Shown here: positions 48,575 to 62,630 of the stretch, one piece after another
Position numbering within the stretch: the first letter of the stretch is position 1
Layout of the letters: the number at the start of each line of letters is the position of its first letter
DNA from: Camelus ferus
Lineage: Eukaryota
Reading direction: 5' to 3'
NCBI RefSeq assembly: GCF_009834535.1
Contig: NC_045696.1
Coordinates: 32,738,001-32,802,000 of the forward strand
DNA length: 64,000 nucleotides
Program-made: the position numbers and the translations under genes
The notes under the pieces: model-generated
Databases searched by the model: none
What the model was told of the DNA's origin: nothing
The model's input: only the letters and a program-made list of their open reading frames with translations

Positions 48575-51500
48575 CTACTTTCCCTTTTGTATCTAAATCT
48601 TAATTAGTGACACCACCATCTATTCTATTATCTATCTGGAGACCCAAGGTCATTCTCAATTTTTTTTTTCCCATTTTGTCCTTCATCTAATAGGTCTTTA
48701 AGTTGTGCTGCTATTTTTAAACTTCAAATTATTTTAATATTGAAATGTTTGAAAATTTTATGAACTTTCATAATTGTGATTATGAATATATGCTAGAATT
48801 ATTAAACCCCAATAATTAGAAGTGGAATGATTTGTTCATTTTGGAATATGAATTTAAATACCTCTCTCTCCCCTTAGATTCTATAGGCCACTGTCTCTTT
48901 CATAACACACACAATTTCTGATTGTCTTATATGATGCAGATATGAGCCTATTGCTAATCCTTTTATTTTATTTGTTACCTAATTAATTCTGAGCCTCTGA
49001 AAGGTTTTTGTAGTCTTCCTTCTAAAAGATAATATAGCGAATGAAAAGATGGTCTATTTGTTGAGGATTTTTTTTTTATTATTATAAAAACCAGAAATTG
49101 TGTCTGTGGTTGTTTCACTGAGATGTAAAATCTCCATCATCTTGATTCCTTGTTTAACCAAAGACTGTTTGCACAGCTTGCAAAGAATACTTTTCTAGGA
49201 AATTAATTCTCTATAGTGCCTCTGTCTCATGGCCGTGTTTGCCAGCTTTCAGGACCAGAATTTCTATTCTCATTCACAAAGCTAAGTAATACCCACAAAA
49301 TCCTTGAAGGAATTTAAAATTAAGTTTCTGATAATTAGAATACAAGAGGGGAAAATTGTTAAATATTTGACACTGGAAATTCATGTGAGTGTGAGTGTCT
49401 TTTCTAATCACACCTATCATAAATGGTATGCACAGGAAGCATTTTAAAATACGGCCAACGTTATTTTTAGCAACTTAAATGCTTTGCCACTTAGCTCAAA
49501 ATGACATGCCCTTTCTAAAGTAATCATGGAAACAAATGAAAATAAGGCTTCTGCCGAGCAGCCACTCAGTATAGCTTTGGAGTTGACTGAATGTATCATA
49601 GGACATTGGTAATGCTGAGCTTATTGAAACAATGCCCATCAATTGTTATACTATGTTGTCTGCTTATGCTTATAGCTGTTTCTTTTTGTTTGCATTTAAT
49701 ATGCCTTACTTGTAGCAGCTGTTCAGTAAATAATGTTAGAATAGATGAAAATCAACCAATATTAAGTTATTTATGTCTTAAATTTTCTTTCCTAACTTTT
49801 TAAAATCGCTTTGTCAGCAGAAAATATATCCTGCTGTGTTATAATACATGGAGGAAATACATAGTTTTAGAATCTAAGAAATCTGCTCTACCTCTTTTAA
49901 AAACTGTTCTCTTCCTTTAAATCTGTGTGTCGATTACGGAGAAAACTTGTGTAGAGACAGTGCAGAATTCTAAAATACAAAATTTGAACATGGGTGATAA
50001 AAATCTAAATCACACCAAATTGATGGGCACTCAACTGGGTCACTGTAGTTGAGTGTGGGGAGATGGAGATGAGGAACAGCAACATGAATTTAATCAAATT
50101 GCATTCTTCAGAAAGTACATTTAAAATTCAACTGAATATGAATGATATTCAATAGAGTGCTAAGCTTAACACTGTAGTTTTTCTTGGAAATTTTTTATCA
50201 AAACTGGGCCTGTTATTGCTACTTTTTAACATGACGTCAACAAAATTAAGTCTAGAAAGCTGCAAGTTACAATTAGATGATTTTTCCATTTCTATAAGAA
50301 AAAATTATTAGAAATCAATAATTTTCCTACTTTGTACATTTCAGATTTTTTGTTTGTATCTTGAAACAGCTAGCATATTCAAGAATTAGATTTACATGTT
50401 TAGGATAAACACTGTTATGTATGTATAGAAGGATTGGTAGGGGTTTGGTTAAATGAAGTAGCAAAGGTACAAAAATAAGCCATTAGAAATGGCTTAATAG
50501 TCAATGCAAACCACTGATGACCACTATTTATGCATAAGAGTGTACCCTACTTTCTACCAACCCTTCTGCTTCCTATTTGGCGTGTGTCCAAATTTCTGCT
50601 GTGTTAACATTTGCTTCTGGGAGGAGATGAAGGAAAAAAGGTCCATAAGGTTTCCATTGGCCCAGATAGTAGAAACATCTGCTGAATTCACAAGCAGCTT
50701 GCTGGCCCACTCAGCAGGGAGAATTGATGCTTATCAACCCTGCCATATGAGTTGATGTTTCCTGTGCCCTGGGGCTACACAAGCTTAATCAAGAAAGAAT
50801 AAGGAAGTGCGTTACATGTCAAAATACCCTCATTAAGCAAGCATTATATTTTTTAAAGTAACTATCATGGCACTGTAAGTTATGAATTTGTAGTAATGAA
50901 ATTTAAATTCTAACAAATAGTAGGGTTTATTGGATCATTTTATCATTAATTAGATATTCTGGGTAATGATGGATTCCACGCATTTAAAACTTTCCTTAAA
51001 AAGATTTAACCTTTAAACTGGAAGAGTTGGTTATCATTGTCCTTAATAAGAAAAAGTTTGTTGTCTTTATAGGTAACTTTAAAATTAGTTGGTCAATGAT
51101 TCCAATAGTAAGAGTTGGGATTATAGTCCCCAAAGTGAATTTAATGAATTGTTACTAAGTATAATTATTGATTTGAATATACATACACATATATTTTCCA
51201 TTTTGAAAGTAGTTGTATTTAAAAGTGTACACTCATTTCCATGTTGCTGCCAATACCCCAACCCGTTGGAACTTCTTGCATTTGCACTTTGAGTCCGTAG
51301 CTCATTCTATTCAGTGCCTGACATTTGAAAAATCTATACCTTCCAGTTATTTATTACAAATTTTGAAAAACACAATACTCGGTAGATATCTAAATTTGAG
51401 CCATGAGATGAATCAGCTACTATGAATAATATATAATCAGTATAATATATATATTTTTATTTACAAATACAATTTATAATACATAAAGAGAAAGATATCT

Positions 51501-53955
51501 ACACCTCTAAATCTATGTGTCTGTCTCTATAGCACATATCTTTGGTTTCATTTCTATCAAAACATATGACTGGGAATTTGAAGTGAAAATCAGTTGTTGC
51601 ATAAATTATAGAATTCATGAAATATGTCATAATGTATTTAGTTCCAATTTGATATGGACAGGAAACAATACAAATCAGAACAGTTTTGAGCATGAATAAT
51701 GTGATTATTCTTGTAGGAAGAGCCTTTACTTCAGCAGACAGGCTATGCAGAAATGTTTTTTTGTTAATCTGATATTACCGTTGCAGTGCCCACTTTGCTA
51801 GAGCAGCAGTACAGTTTTGGTTTCATATATACACGATAATGTCCATGAGACTCAAGTAGATTTATCCAACATCAGATTTACCCAAAGGTCACAAGACAAG
51901 TGATTCAGGGATGTCAACGTCTAGCCAGAGGCTTTGTAACTTCCTGAAATGCTTCTGAATGTGCTCAGTCACTCCTTACCCGAGAGTAGACCTACTTGGT
52001 ATGAGCTGCCTCACCTCAGAGAAGCCTCCACTCTGGTGTCCATTCAGCTTTATGCCTTGCTAGTCACACAGCCTTCTCAGGACTGTGTCATCAGTTCCCA
52101 GTCTCTAGTACAAATACATCTAGTCAATACTGATCATTTATTATTCAATAGATAACCTTGACAGTGAAATGTAGGTGCTTAGTCCAGTACATAGATCCAG
52201 TATACATCCATGGATTCCTTGAATAGCAAAGGTGATTCAACCAAAGTCAGATTTTTAGGATTTCCTGAGACTAGAGAAAAGACCCAGAACCAGCTGCTAA
52301 TCTTTTCTTTCCAACATTATAGTGAAGAGACTATCAGCTTTGCTATAGATACATATATTTTTTCCAGATACCATTTTGCAACCATCTCTTCAGAAAAAAC
52401 ACCCTTCAAATTTAAGAAACTAGATGAGATAGTTTAAAATTCCACCTCAGTTTATTTTATTGAAGTTTAATTTTGATAATTTCCACTAAAAACACTTCAA
52501 TTTATTCTAATATTCTAATTAACAGATTAAAGATGTAGTAACCCACCAAAAAGGATATGAGAAGATGGTATTAATTTCCTTCTCTGCCTAATCAAAAATA
52601 TAATTCATATAATTATTTGAGCTGAGTTATCTGTACAAATCTATACAAAGTATCAAGTTTCATTTTAATGTTTTCCCACAGCAGTTTCCCCTTGCTCTCA
52701 CAGGGCAATGTTCCCCTAGATCTAATGTGGCACTACAAAGGACTTGAACATCAAAGCATGTAAACATGGACAAGATGGGTGAAATCAACATTAATGAAAT
52801 CTTTGTGCATTCAGAAATGATCAAACAGTGAAAAACACACCCTATTAACCACTGTGTTATTACATTTTTTTTCAAAAGGGAGCTTGTTCTTTGGGGAATA
52901 TTTCAAGTAGATTCATAAGTTACTGCATATTGATCAACACTTAAATAATTAAAGGGATATCATTTTGAACACAGTGTTCACGTGTTCATAAAAATGTGCC
53001 CACTAGGTCCAAGGCAGAATGAAAAGTGATTTGTTTCTGCCTGTGCTATCAAGGACTTTTGACACGTCTCAGATTTATATAACAGTGGTTGCCTTGGGCA
53101 TAACAATTCAGTTATTGGAAAAGAAAACACTTATTTTTATGATATTAGTCAGAGGAATTATTTTATAAAGTTTATAAAATGTACTCTTATACAGGAAAAA
53201 ACTCAAATGTCTTTTTACCTCACTTTTGTTCTCTTTTGGGAACTCATTATTTATTTGATAGCATAGTATTACTATCCACCAAGGGAACTCTATCTTTGAA
53301 AAAGAAAACTGTTTTAAACATAATATTTATATCACAGATAGTTTACCAGCAAGACTTTCCTTTCTCCCAAATAACTATTGCAACTTTAAAAATAAACACT
53401 AAAATGGAAGTCCTCCATTATTAATAACAAGGATCTTCTCAAGGCAATGACACTTGAGAGTGGAAGGAAGGGATAAATCCTCTATCAAAGAGTAGGAGTT
53501 ATGTGGAAATATGAGTAACAATTTTGTTTTAGTATAAGTTCAAGTCAGTAAATTTGGGTTTTCATTTACTGGAAGGTTATTTACAGTATAAAATAAAAAA
53601 TACCAAGAGGTTGGTTACCTTTACAATAAATCCCCCTGATTTCATGGATTCTTTGATATTTTCTCAGTAGGGTTCTTGACTGTAAACAGACTTTTTACAG
53701 TGATTCATCTCTGAGATTAAAAAATTCTTGATTTAGGGATAATGATTAATGAGCAGAAAAAATACTATCTTCTGAGAATGTGTACTGGGTCACAGCATTT
53801 CCTTGAATGGCTTACAGTTGCATGTAGAATAAATATAAGCTCCTTATTATGATATAAAAAAATTCCTGCCATGCTTTGCCTTAACCTTCTTTCCTACCTC
53901 ACCTTGGGTCATCTCATATCTCATCTGTTGCTTCTCTAGGTCCAGATGCATTGGG

Positions 53956-54097
53956 TTTTTTTCTTTTTCTTCCTTCCTTCCTTTCTTTCTCTCATCCTTC
54001 CTTCCTTTCTTTTCTTTTCCTTTCTTTTTTCTTTTCCTTTCTTTTCTTTTCTTTTCTCTTTTCTCTTTTCTTTTCTTCTTTTCTTTCTTTCTTTTCC
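53956..54097 (+). repeat. (TTTC/TTCC)n polypyrimidine tract
   Basis: About 140 nt of almost pure C/T. Confidence 0.95.
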
Positions 54098-54541
54098 AGT
54101 TTTTTCAATAGCCAGCCTCTTTGCTGCCTCTGGCTCAGGACCTTTAACAACAGTTAATTACTTTTTGACTTACTGGCTCCCTCTCAAACGTTCTTGTCCT
54201 CTGGCAATTTTTAAATGGGTAATTCTTTCTCCTCATTTGGGTTTCAGCAGAAATAGCAACACCTTTTTAGCCAGACCTTCCCATTGGGTCTCTGTGTTTT
54301 CTTGTTTTACAGTCTATCTTTAGGCAGTAATTCTAAAGATAGAACTTTCTGTCATTTCTACCTTGCTCCCAGTTGTAGCCCCAGCACCTACCATGTGAAG
54401 CATATTCTAGGCAGTATTTGTGGAATTAATTAATGTCTTGGAAGTATATTTCATAGGCAAAAGCCATTCCAAATGGAAAGAGAAGTTTCAGAAAGCATTA
54501 ACATTATATATGTGTATTGTTAAAAATATATGTTTAACATA

Positions 54542-55002
54542 TGTTAAAAAAAACAATGTTTAACCAAGTAAATTTAACGATCTAATTGGTTTTAGTAGGC
54601 AGTTCATGAATTGGGCAGCATCACATCTAGCAACAAGGAGGGTGCTCTGAGGGGTGGTACAAAATGGAAAGTTTTTATAGGAAGAAGGGTGGAGCAAGGA
54701 AGACTGTTAGTAAAATTATAGGAAGGATTATTTCTAGGCTAGGCTATCTTTGGGGGCAAGGGGAACTTCACCAGTTTCATCATGCAAGTCACCTCTTCTT
54801 CCTCTAGGGGGTGTTGGGATGTGGAGGGCCCACGTGACAGAAGACCTCATTGGTGTTGACCAGAAAATTTCAAACTGGTTGATTAAGATTATGTTTCTGG
54901 GGAAGGTCGAAACTACAGTTAGTTTGGGTATTAAATCTAGGTTTGGTATCCTGGGCTTTAGCCCAAATGATGACATTTTGGGCCTGTGTTTTTTCTGTTA
55001 TA
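54542..55002. mobile_element. Solo ERV1-class LTR (MER4-group-like)
   Basis: Starts TGTTAAAA..., contains ttcatgaattgggcagca, ends ttttgggcctgtgttttttctgttata; possible 4-nt TSD CATA/TATA. Confidence 0.65.
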
Positions 55003-58000
55003 TATAGTTCATATGCCTAATGTGAACTGATTATACATGATTAAATGACAGAAGTTTGACATCAGTCACATTTTTTCTTACGTGTATCTTGTGTGAAATT
55101 CACCTCAAAATTCTTTATCGCATCACAGAATCCAAAGAGTTATAATCCAGGCATCTATGTCACTCTTTTGTATGTGTATTTCTATTCAGTACACCATTGC
55201 AATTATTTAAATTTTCTACAGAGAATAATAGATGAAAAGAATATTAATGTATAGGCAACTACAGATGGTCAATATCATTTTATGCTTGCAGAGCATGCAT
55301 AGATGTGGTACAATCCAAAAGAAAGATGTTACCAAGGTATATTTACTACATCTAAGTTAAATCATTAACTAGCAACAATATATTAAGCAACAATTAGAAT
55401 TGGTATAATTTTTTTTTCATTTAGGATTAGGAAGAATTTGTGTGAAAACTAGATTGAAGTCCTAACATTTTCTGAATTTATAATTTTTCTCCCTGTCTTT
55501 ACCTTATTTTGTTAGTTGTATTTTATATATTTGAAACAATTATGCAGTTGAAATTAGGATTTAATGATACTTGCTTTCTTTTCTTTTTTTTTCTTTTCAT
55601 TTAACTTACTCCTAGAAATGTTACTAGACATTTTAATTTTCCTTGAGGTTATTAAATACTTTAAAGTGTACTGTAATTCATATTTTTGCTTTTTTAAAAG
55701 ATATCATTCTTATGAGTCCTACCAACTGAAACAAAACTATTTGTATTTTTTTTTTCCCTTTTCAGTAGTATCAGGTTGAAGTTTTTCCCAGGGACTTCAA
55801 TTTTAAATAGTTATGTCCCACCTAGTCCACTTTTTTTTGCCTCCAGAAGATTGATGATTGTACACTCAGCTCTGTATGACTCACCCTGTCTTCAGGAGAG
55901 TCTTACCATCTGTGTGTTTCTTTCCGGAGTATTTCCTCCAGGTTGACATCTCAATTTAGAATTTAGTTACGTGATTGAGCTTCACTGTGAACCAGACTGT
56001 GATTGTGGTCATAAATTTTTTTTCTATGGAAGGCTGCCTCTCAACTGTTCATCAGTTAGCAAGTAAAGCTAGTCAGTTCTAGGTCTTGCTCATTCACCCT
56101 GAAAACAGTATTCTAGAAAGATAAAATGACTTTATGCAAACATGTTAGTTACAACATAAGTGTGTTTTGACGTTACAGAAATAATTTGAAAATTCTCTTA
56201 TTCTTTCATTTTGCCTTACAAGACATATAGTTTCCTTTTATTTAAAAATTGTTTCCTTTGCTTTTTCTTCTTCTACCTCACAAACTTGGAAGATTTATTT
56301 GTATAGGAAGAAAAGAATCGTTGTGAATATAAATGTGAACAATTCATCAAGTTCACTTTTTCCTTAAACATTTATATGGCTTCATTCAAGAAACTCTTGT
56401 TTGAATTTTTTGAGAGAAAGCCATGTTAGGGAATGAATTAAATATAGATAAATTAATGAAAACCAAAAAAATGGTTTATTTTTTAAAATAAAATTCTATT
56501 TTGGTAGTAAAGCTAGGTATATTTAATCTAGTCCACCAAGTCTGTGGTATGTAAACAGTTCTGTTTATTATGCATCTTGGCAGGGTAATAAGCAGAAAAG
56601 AAAAAGCTAAGAATATAAAGAACTGATTTTGTGCAGATACAGTTAAAAAACAATTGGAATTTTAAAAATCAGATGTTTTAAAACATGCTAAAGCAATACA
56701 ACCACTAAGCAAGAACATAAAGCAGCCATAAAACAGTGTTTCCTAGGATTTTATAGGTATTATCTGAAGCTTAGAATTTTGTAATTTAGGGAAAACATAC
56801 ATTTTGTGATGTAGCTTAGCAATATAAAATCAACGGAAGAAACTGGAGAAATCTACTTTATGTAGAAAGAATATCTGTGGTGGGAATATTTATAATACAA
56901 AAGGCTGAGGTATACAGTCCCACAAAAACGCTTTTGAAATGCAAAAGAAGTCATTAATGTTATATTTCACCCATATTGCAAATTTCTCCAGGGCTAGCCC
57001 TGATCCTGATAATCAAAAATCAGCTCTAACTATAAATCCTATCAGAGACACAGCAATTGGCAACTAGTCTTGATGGAATGTTTTGGAGTTAAATGGGTCA
57101 CCTACCTACTCAACAGTCACAGTGTAGGTCAATTGGAAACAACCCAACAGTTATCCCATAGGTCCCCTGGTCTACTGTGAGTATACAGGAAAACCTATTA
57201 CCACGTTCTGGAAAAGAGAAAAAAGTGAAATTTCTATAGGAGAGTTCTGATTCTCTGGGTCAGAAGCTGTGGGAGCCACTGTAAATCTGAAAGAGCCTTT
57301 TGTCATGGATCAGAAGCCAGCAAAAGACTAGGGCCAACCTTTGGGTACAGAAGAGTTTCTGCTCCAGGAGTTGGGAGCAGAATGGGTCACCCACAATGGC
57401 CGTAGTGAACACCAGGATCTAGTCTACAGGATTGTAACTGCTGAAGCTGCCAGTTTGGCATTGTTACACTGATATCAGGATAAGAGAGCCCTTCCAACCT
57501 TTCCTGGCCTTGTAAGACCCACTGCCTGCCAGCTTTATTTCTTCCCTGCCTTGGTCTGGCAGTTGCAATGGAACACAGGTCTCCACAGTACTTCCTGTCT
57601 CTATGGAAACTGGCAGGCAGCACCAGATGGATGGCCGTGCTCCACAGTGGCTGGGCAGGGGAGGGCACGGGAGGTGGGTACTAGGTGTTACACTCTAAAA
57701 GCCACGCTGAATCTGAAAGGATGAAGTAGAATCAAAGAAAAATAAATTAATGTGGAAAAAATAAGTTTTCCTGGAAACTCATAGCAGACCCAGGGACCTC
57801 TGGGAAAACTACTAGATTGTTTGCAAGTGAACTACACAGTGACTGTGAAAACAGAATACTTCGTTTTTCAGACAAGCCTAAAAGCTAGAGTGAAATGGGC
57901 AAAAAAAAATAAATAAATAAATAAATGAGTAGGAGACTTAAGTATTTGAAAGAACAAAGGGGCATTCCAAAAGTGGAAACCTTCTACACTTGTTTATCAG

Positions 58001-60031
58001 CCTTAATTTTCCCTCTAATTTCCCTTCTCACATGACGGAACATTCATCGGACTTCTCTTGAGAATTATCAGCCTGCATTAATGACATTGGTGCTTTTCAA
58101 ACCAGTAGGCTTTAGTATGCAATATGTGTTTCAGTCCACACAACTACTGAGCCACAACTTTCACATTAGAAGGTTATTTGTTTAGAATGCCTTCAGTAAT
58201 TTAGTGGAAGTAATAGCATGCTGTGTGTGCATTTAGATATATTTTTAGACTCTAAGCAACAAGAATGATCTTGAACTTTCTAAAATGCAGGGGTTTTTTG
58301 TGTAAATACCCCAGACCAGTTGAGAGAAGAGATGAGAGAGAGAAACACAAAGCGGAGAAGAGTTAAAGGGAAGACCATAAATAATAATAGGCTATCTTTG
58401 TATTTCCTTCAAAAATGAATTACCTGTTTCTGTCCTTTCTTGTTGAGGTTTGTATTTAAGAACCTTCAACCTATTCTGCATCTACTGATCTATTTGGCTT
58501 TTGGGCTCTTCATACCCAAAACAGGAGAACCTTAACATGAGGTCACTATTTTACATGTAAAACAGCCTTCTTGCGAGGACACAAAATTATTTTAAAACAA
58601 AGCAAAACATTATGTATGCCATTTGATTCGGGTGCCAACACCTCTGCTGAATTAATTTTGTAGGTTGAGTTGACAGTTTTTACTTCTCATAAATATATTT
58701 CAACAGGAAGGGTTAAAATCCGCAGCATTTTCTAACTCATGAAAGGTTTACACTTTTTTACTGTATCTTAAATTCTCTGCAAATCTTGTCTTTAATTTGT
58801 TCCCATTCACTGTTTTTAAATCTGGTTCTTCCTTTGAGAAAATTTTGCTCATTTTCAGGAAGAAAAAAAATAATGAGGTCCTCAGTTCCTGTTGAATAAC
58901 CCACAAAATTTGATCATTAACCCTGGAAAGTCGCTGACTGTCACTCCCTCTCAGATGTTCAGTGCCTCAACCTCTGCCTGTCTGTCTAGATATATCTCAG
59001 GTGATTATTGCTTTTACTAAGTAAGCACTCATGCACTCATGCCACTGTTGTGGCCCACACTTAATCTTTAGCACAGGAAAAGAGATGGAGAAAACCATTG
59101 CTTCCACTTATCATCCTTTCAGGAGATAGCAAGGCTTGAATAACGCCATTTATGAAAACAGCCTTGCTTTGGGATCGGTGTTCAAGCATGATCTTCACCT
59201 GTATGCTCTCTTTCAACAATACTGCTGGCTTCAGAGACCTCTCTTCACTGTTTTGCCTATTGCTTCTCTGTGACAACGGGCACATCACAGCCTGTCACCA
59301 AGGTTGAGGTGGCCATAATCTTAAAATTTGTTTCTTTGCATGACATGTGCTAGGCTCTTGGTGGTCAGACAGGAGGGTGTGCATGAAACGTGTGAGGGGA
59401 AGACAACTCTTAACTAACTGAGGTGAACAGAAGCCAAGATTCAGTTCATTTGATTTTGAACTTGGTAATTGCTAATCTAGACAAGGAAAGGTTTGAACCA
59501 ATCTTTCCCTAAGTGTACAACAGATGGAAAACATTGAAGGAATAATGACAGCTATTTAAAAACAGGGTCAGGAGAGCTATTTTTTTTCAAAATATTGACA
59601 AATCATTCTTCATTAATTAACCTGTCTTTCACAGCAGTAAATTAGCAACTTATTTACATGTAATTACTAACAGTGACTTAAATGTTTTTCAGCCACTGAT
59701 GCTAGTTAGAGAGAAACTCAGCAGCCTAAGAAAGACTTGAAGTTCAAGATCACGGTCCACAGAGTAGAGAAAAGAGGAGCTTATTTGAAAGGTTTTTATT
59801 GGAAAAACGTTATGTGGGAGGGGAAAATGGCTGTTTGGAAAGTGATTGGAGGAAAAAAGGAAAAAAATGATTAAAGAAGAGACTCAAAATATGATGAAAA
59901 AGAACTTCAAAAACAGAACTAAACTGCAGTGGAGAGAGCTTGTTGGCTTTCAGACACAACAACAGCAAAACCTTATTTATGCTGAAAATGTATGTAACAG
60001 CCCTCAGAAAAAGCATTAAGGATGGCTTTTT

Positions 60032-60235
60032 CAGTGCTGTGCTGTAAATGTTTAACCACTGGCTCCATGGGAGAAAACACTGACTTGAGTTGTAAGCCAA
60101 TTACCACGGTGAGAATACTCCCACTGTGGTCAGTTTCACGCTCCTGACTTCTGTCACTGAGTGTGAAGAGAGAGGCCCTGCAGTCGGCTGAACCTCACAA
60201 GCTGGAGTCAGCCAGCTAGCTTGAGCACATCACTG
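60032..60235. mobile_element. MER63A-like hAT MITE
   Basis: Imperfect TIRs CAGTGCTGTGCT ... AGCACATCACTG; 204 nt; gtaaatgtttaaccactggctc follows the left TIR. Confidence 0.65.
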
Positions 60236-60379
60236 CTTTTCCTTTAATCTCAGATGTTCCTTCACTTTATTAAAAATAGATGTAAAAGGTCTAACTGCAT
60301 CTTAGACATTTTTGACTGCAAGCTATATGTTTCTTTTAGAACAGCCATTGAATCAGAATTAAGGTCATTTTATTTTCAA

Positions 60380-60635
60380 AGCAGTTCTCTGGTTAAGCAC
60401 TTGAGGTCTCAAGACCGAAGGCAAAAGTTCAAATCCTGCCTGCTGCACTGTCTAGCTGTGTGACTGTGGGCACATTGTTTAAGGTCTCTTTGCATCAGTT
60501 TTCTCATCTTCGAGATAGAGATGATGGCTGGATTGGCATGAAGATTAAATCAATCATTGATAAAGAAAATGTACTTAGAATACTGCCTAGTATATGTGAA
60601 TGTTCAGTTAAGGTTAATTGCATTTTTCATTTATT
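60380..60635 (+). mobile_element. MIR SINE
   Basis: tggttaagcac..gttcaaatcctgcc..ctagctgtgtgactgtgggca..cagttttctcatct..aagattaaat. Confidence 0.8.
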
Positions 60636-62509
60636 TACTGCTGACTTAGTGATGGATGAGGGATGAGATAACACAGGAAGGGTATTATTAAAATGGATGC
60701 TAATGCAAGGGAAATTGGACCAGGAAAGGAAGATAAAATATTTTCCATTTCAGAGGTCTGTCTACCTAAGAGGGCTTAGGTAGGGTTCATTATGCTTAAT
60801 AAAAGAAGTTTTTGTTTTCTATGTTTTTTTCCCCCTTCAGAGCATACATTTGTCACAATCTGTCTTTTCATGTCTGTTTTGGGAGCTGAAAATGGTATTA
60901 GATATGTCTGTTCTAGATCACCATCTGTTTTATCTTCTCACATACACCTCTCAAGATTTTCAAGTAGAACTTAAAAACAAAATGTTTTAAGACTTTATAC
61001 TTACAAGGCTTTTCTGATTTAGTTTTCCCATATTTTTTCAGTGAAGAATCATTCTCTCCTGTCTCTCCATTTTTGACCATGAACAAATGCAGCAGACTTG
61101 AGTTACTTCAGTCATTCTACTGTCACAATTCCCGTACAAGTGCAGTGACTGCTCTAAGAAGATGCTTTCATTTTGTATGGTGGGCACCTACACAGATACA
61201 GATTAACATATACAGTTAAGCCCTGTAGCCAATTCCTAGAGAAGTAAAATGCCCTAGGTCACCTGACTCTTATTAATTAGCTTAGAAACAAGTAAGGGAG
61301 ATCCCTATTTATGAAAACAATGAAAGGACATAAATTCAAGGAAAGGAGGAAAAAATTTGGGGGCATAGGTTGCCTGGAAAAATAACCAGCTTCCACAATT
61401 CCAAATTTGAAATTGTGTTTCCTTTAAGTCTCATCACAAACTTGTTTGAAAAAAAAGTCTCCTTTGAAATCTAGGATGGTGATGAGCTTAGCCAGAAGAA
61501 GGATCTTTCTAAAATAAGGCCTCAAAGGTATGACCAATGCAATGCTTGGTAAACAAGATGAATCCTGCACCACACCTAGACTGCCTTCTCTGTGGTCTTC
61601 ACACTCTCTCCTAGTTTCTGATTACTTTGCAGACTCCTTAGCAAGTTTCTCTTTCTCTATGCATCTTTTGGTGTTGATTCATACAAGGCAAGACATGATG
61701 TAACCTCCCCCAAATATTTTTCTGATGAATACATTGAGGATAAATCCTTAACTTCGTAACATACTGATATTTCTAATTGGAAAATTTAGTGATGTCTTTA
61801 GAAAGTCTCTCTGAGATCTAATTAAATGACAACCTACTGACCTTGGGCCAGGAGGAATTAAAAGAAAAAAGCAGCAGCTGACTTGATGCTGTCTCCAAGT
61901 TATAAGCAGAAGTAAGAAGCAATTCAAAGCTTTGAGAAGTAGTTTGACTGCCTACAACACTGGCTTTTGAGTTGATTTTGTAGACTACATACCCTAAGGG
62001 TATTTAGGATTAGTAAATTCTCCACATGAGTTTGCTCTCTATTGGGAAAAGCTAAATTATTTGACTGCAGGGATTTTAGGCTGCAGGTCCCAGAGAACTA
62101 AAATCATAATACTTTAAAGTCAGAATCCATGTGGGGAGAAGATGGAGGGAAGCTGTCCTCATCACCTACTGGAAGGACAAGCGTAGGTGTGCTAGTGTCT
62201 GTGGAGCCCCTAACAAATGTTAGTTTTTTCTTCTATAGATTGTTAAAGAAAGACTGAAATAATTATTAAAAGTAAATTCTAAATAGGATAGGACGTTTAA
62301 GGGCAGTTCACATTGACATCCTCTCGGATTTTAATATTAAAACTGAAATTTATGAGGACATAGTTCAGCTAGGTATGCAATTTAAAGTTTCATTGTTAAA
62401 AGAGTATTCTTTTTTTTTCATTGTTGTATTATTCACATTTAAACAAATATGAGATGACCCAGCAGCCTTTGTGGGAAAATAAGAATAAAATGTTAAACTT
62501 TCTGAACAA

Positions 62510-62630
62510 ACTTCAGATGGTTCGTTGACTGTTTCACCATGGAGAAATCACTTAACCTCCCAGTGTCAGTTTACCCATCTGTGAAATGAGAAGGATAATA
62601 TTTTCTTACGGGGATGTTTTGAAAATTATT
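62510..62630 (+). mobile_element. MIR fragment
   Basis: aaatcacttaacctc..tcagtttacccatctgtgaaatgagaaggataata. Confidence 0.7.

Noticed and set aside
52676..52710. CAG CAG TTT CCC CTT (QFPL) resembling the start of the next CADM2 exon
   Set aside because: It does not continue as TQNVTVVEGG; a chance 4-codon match.
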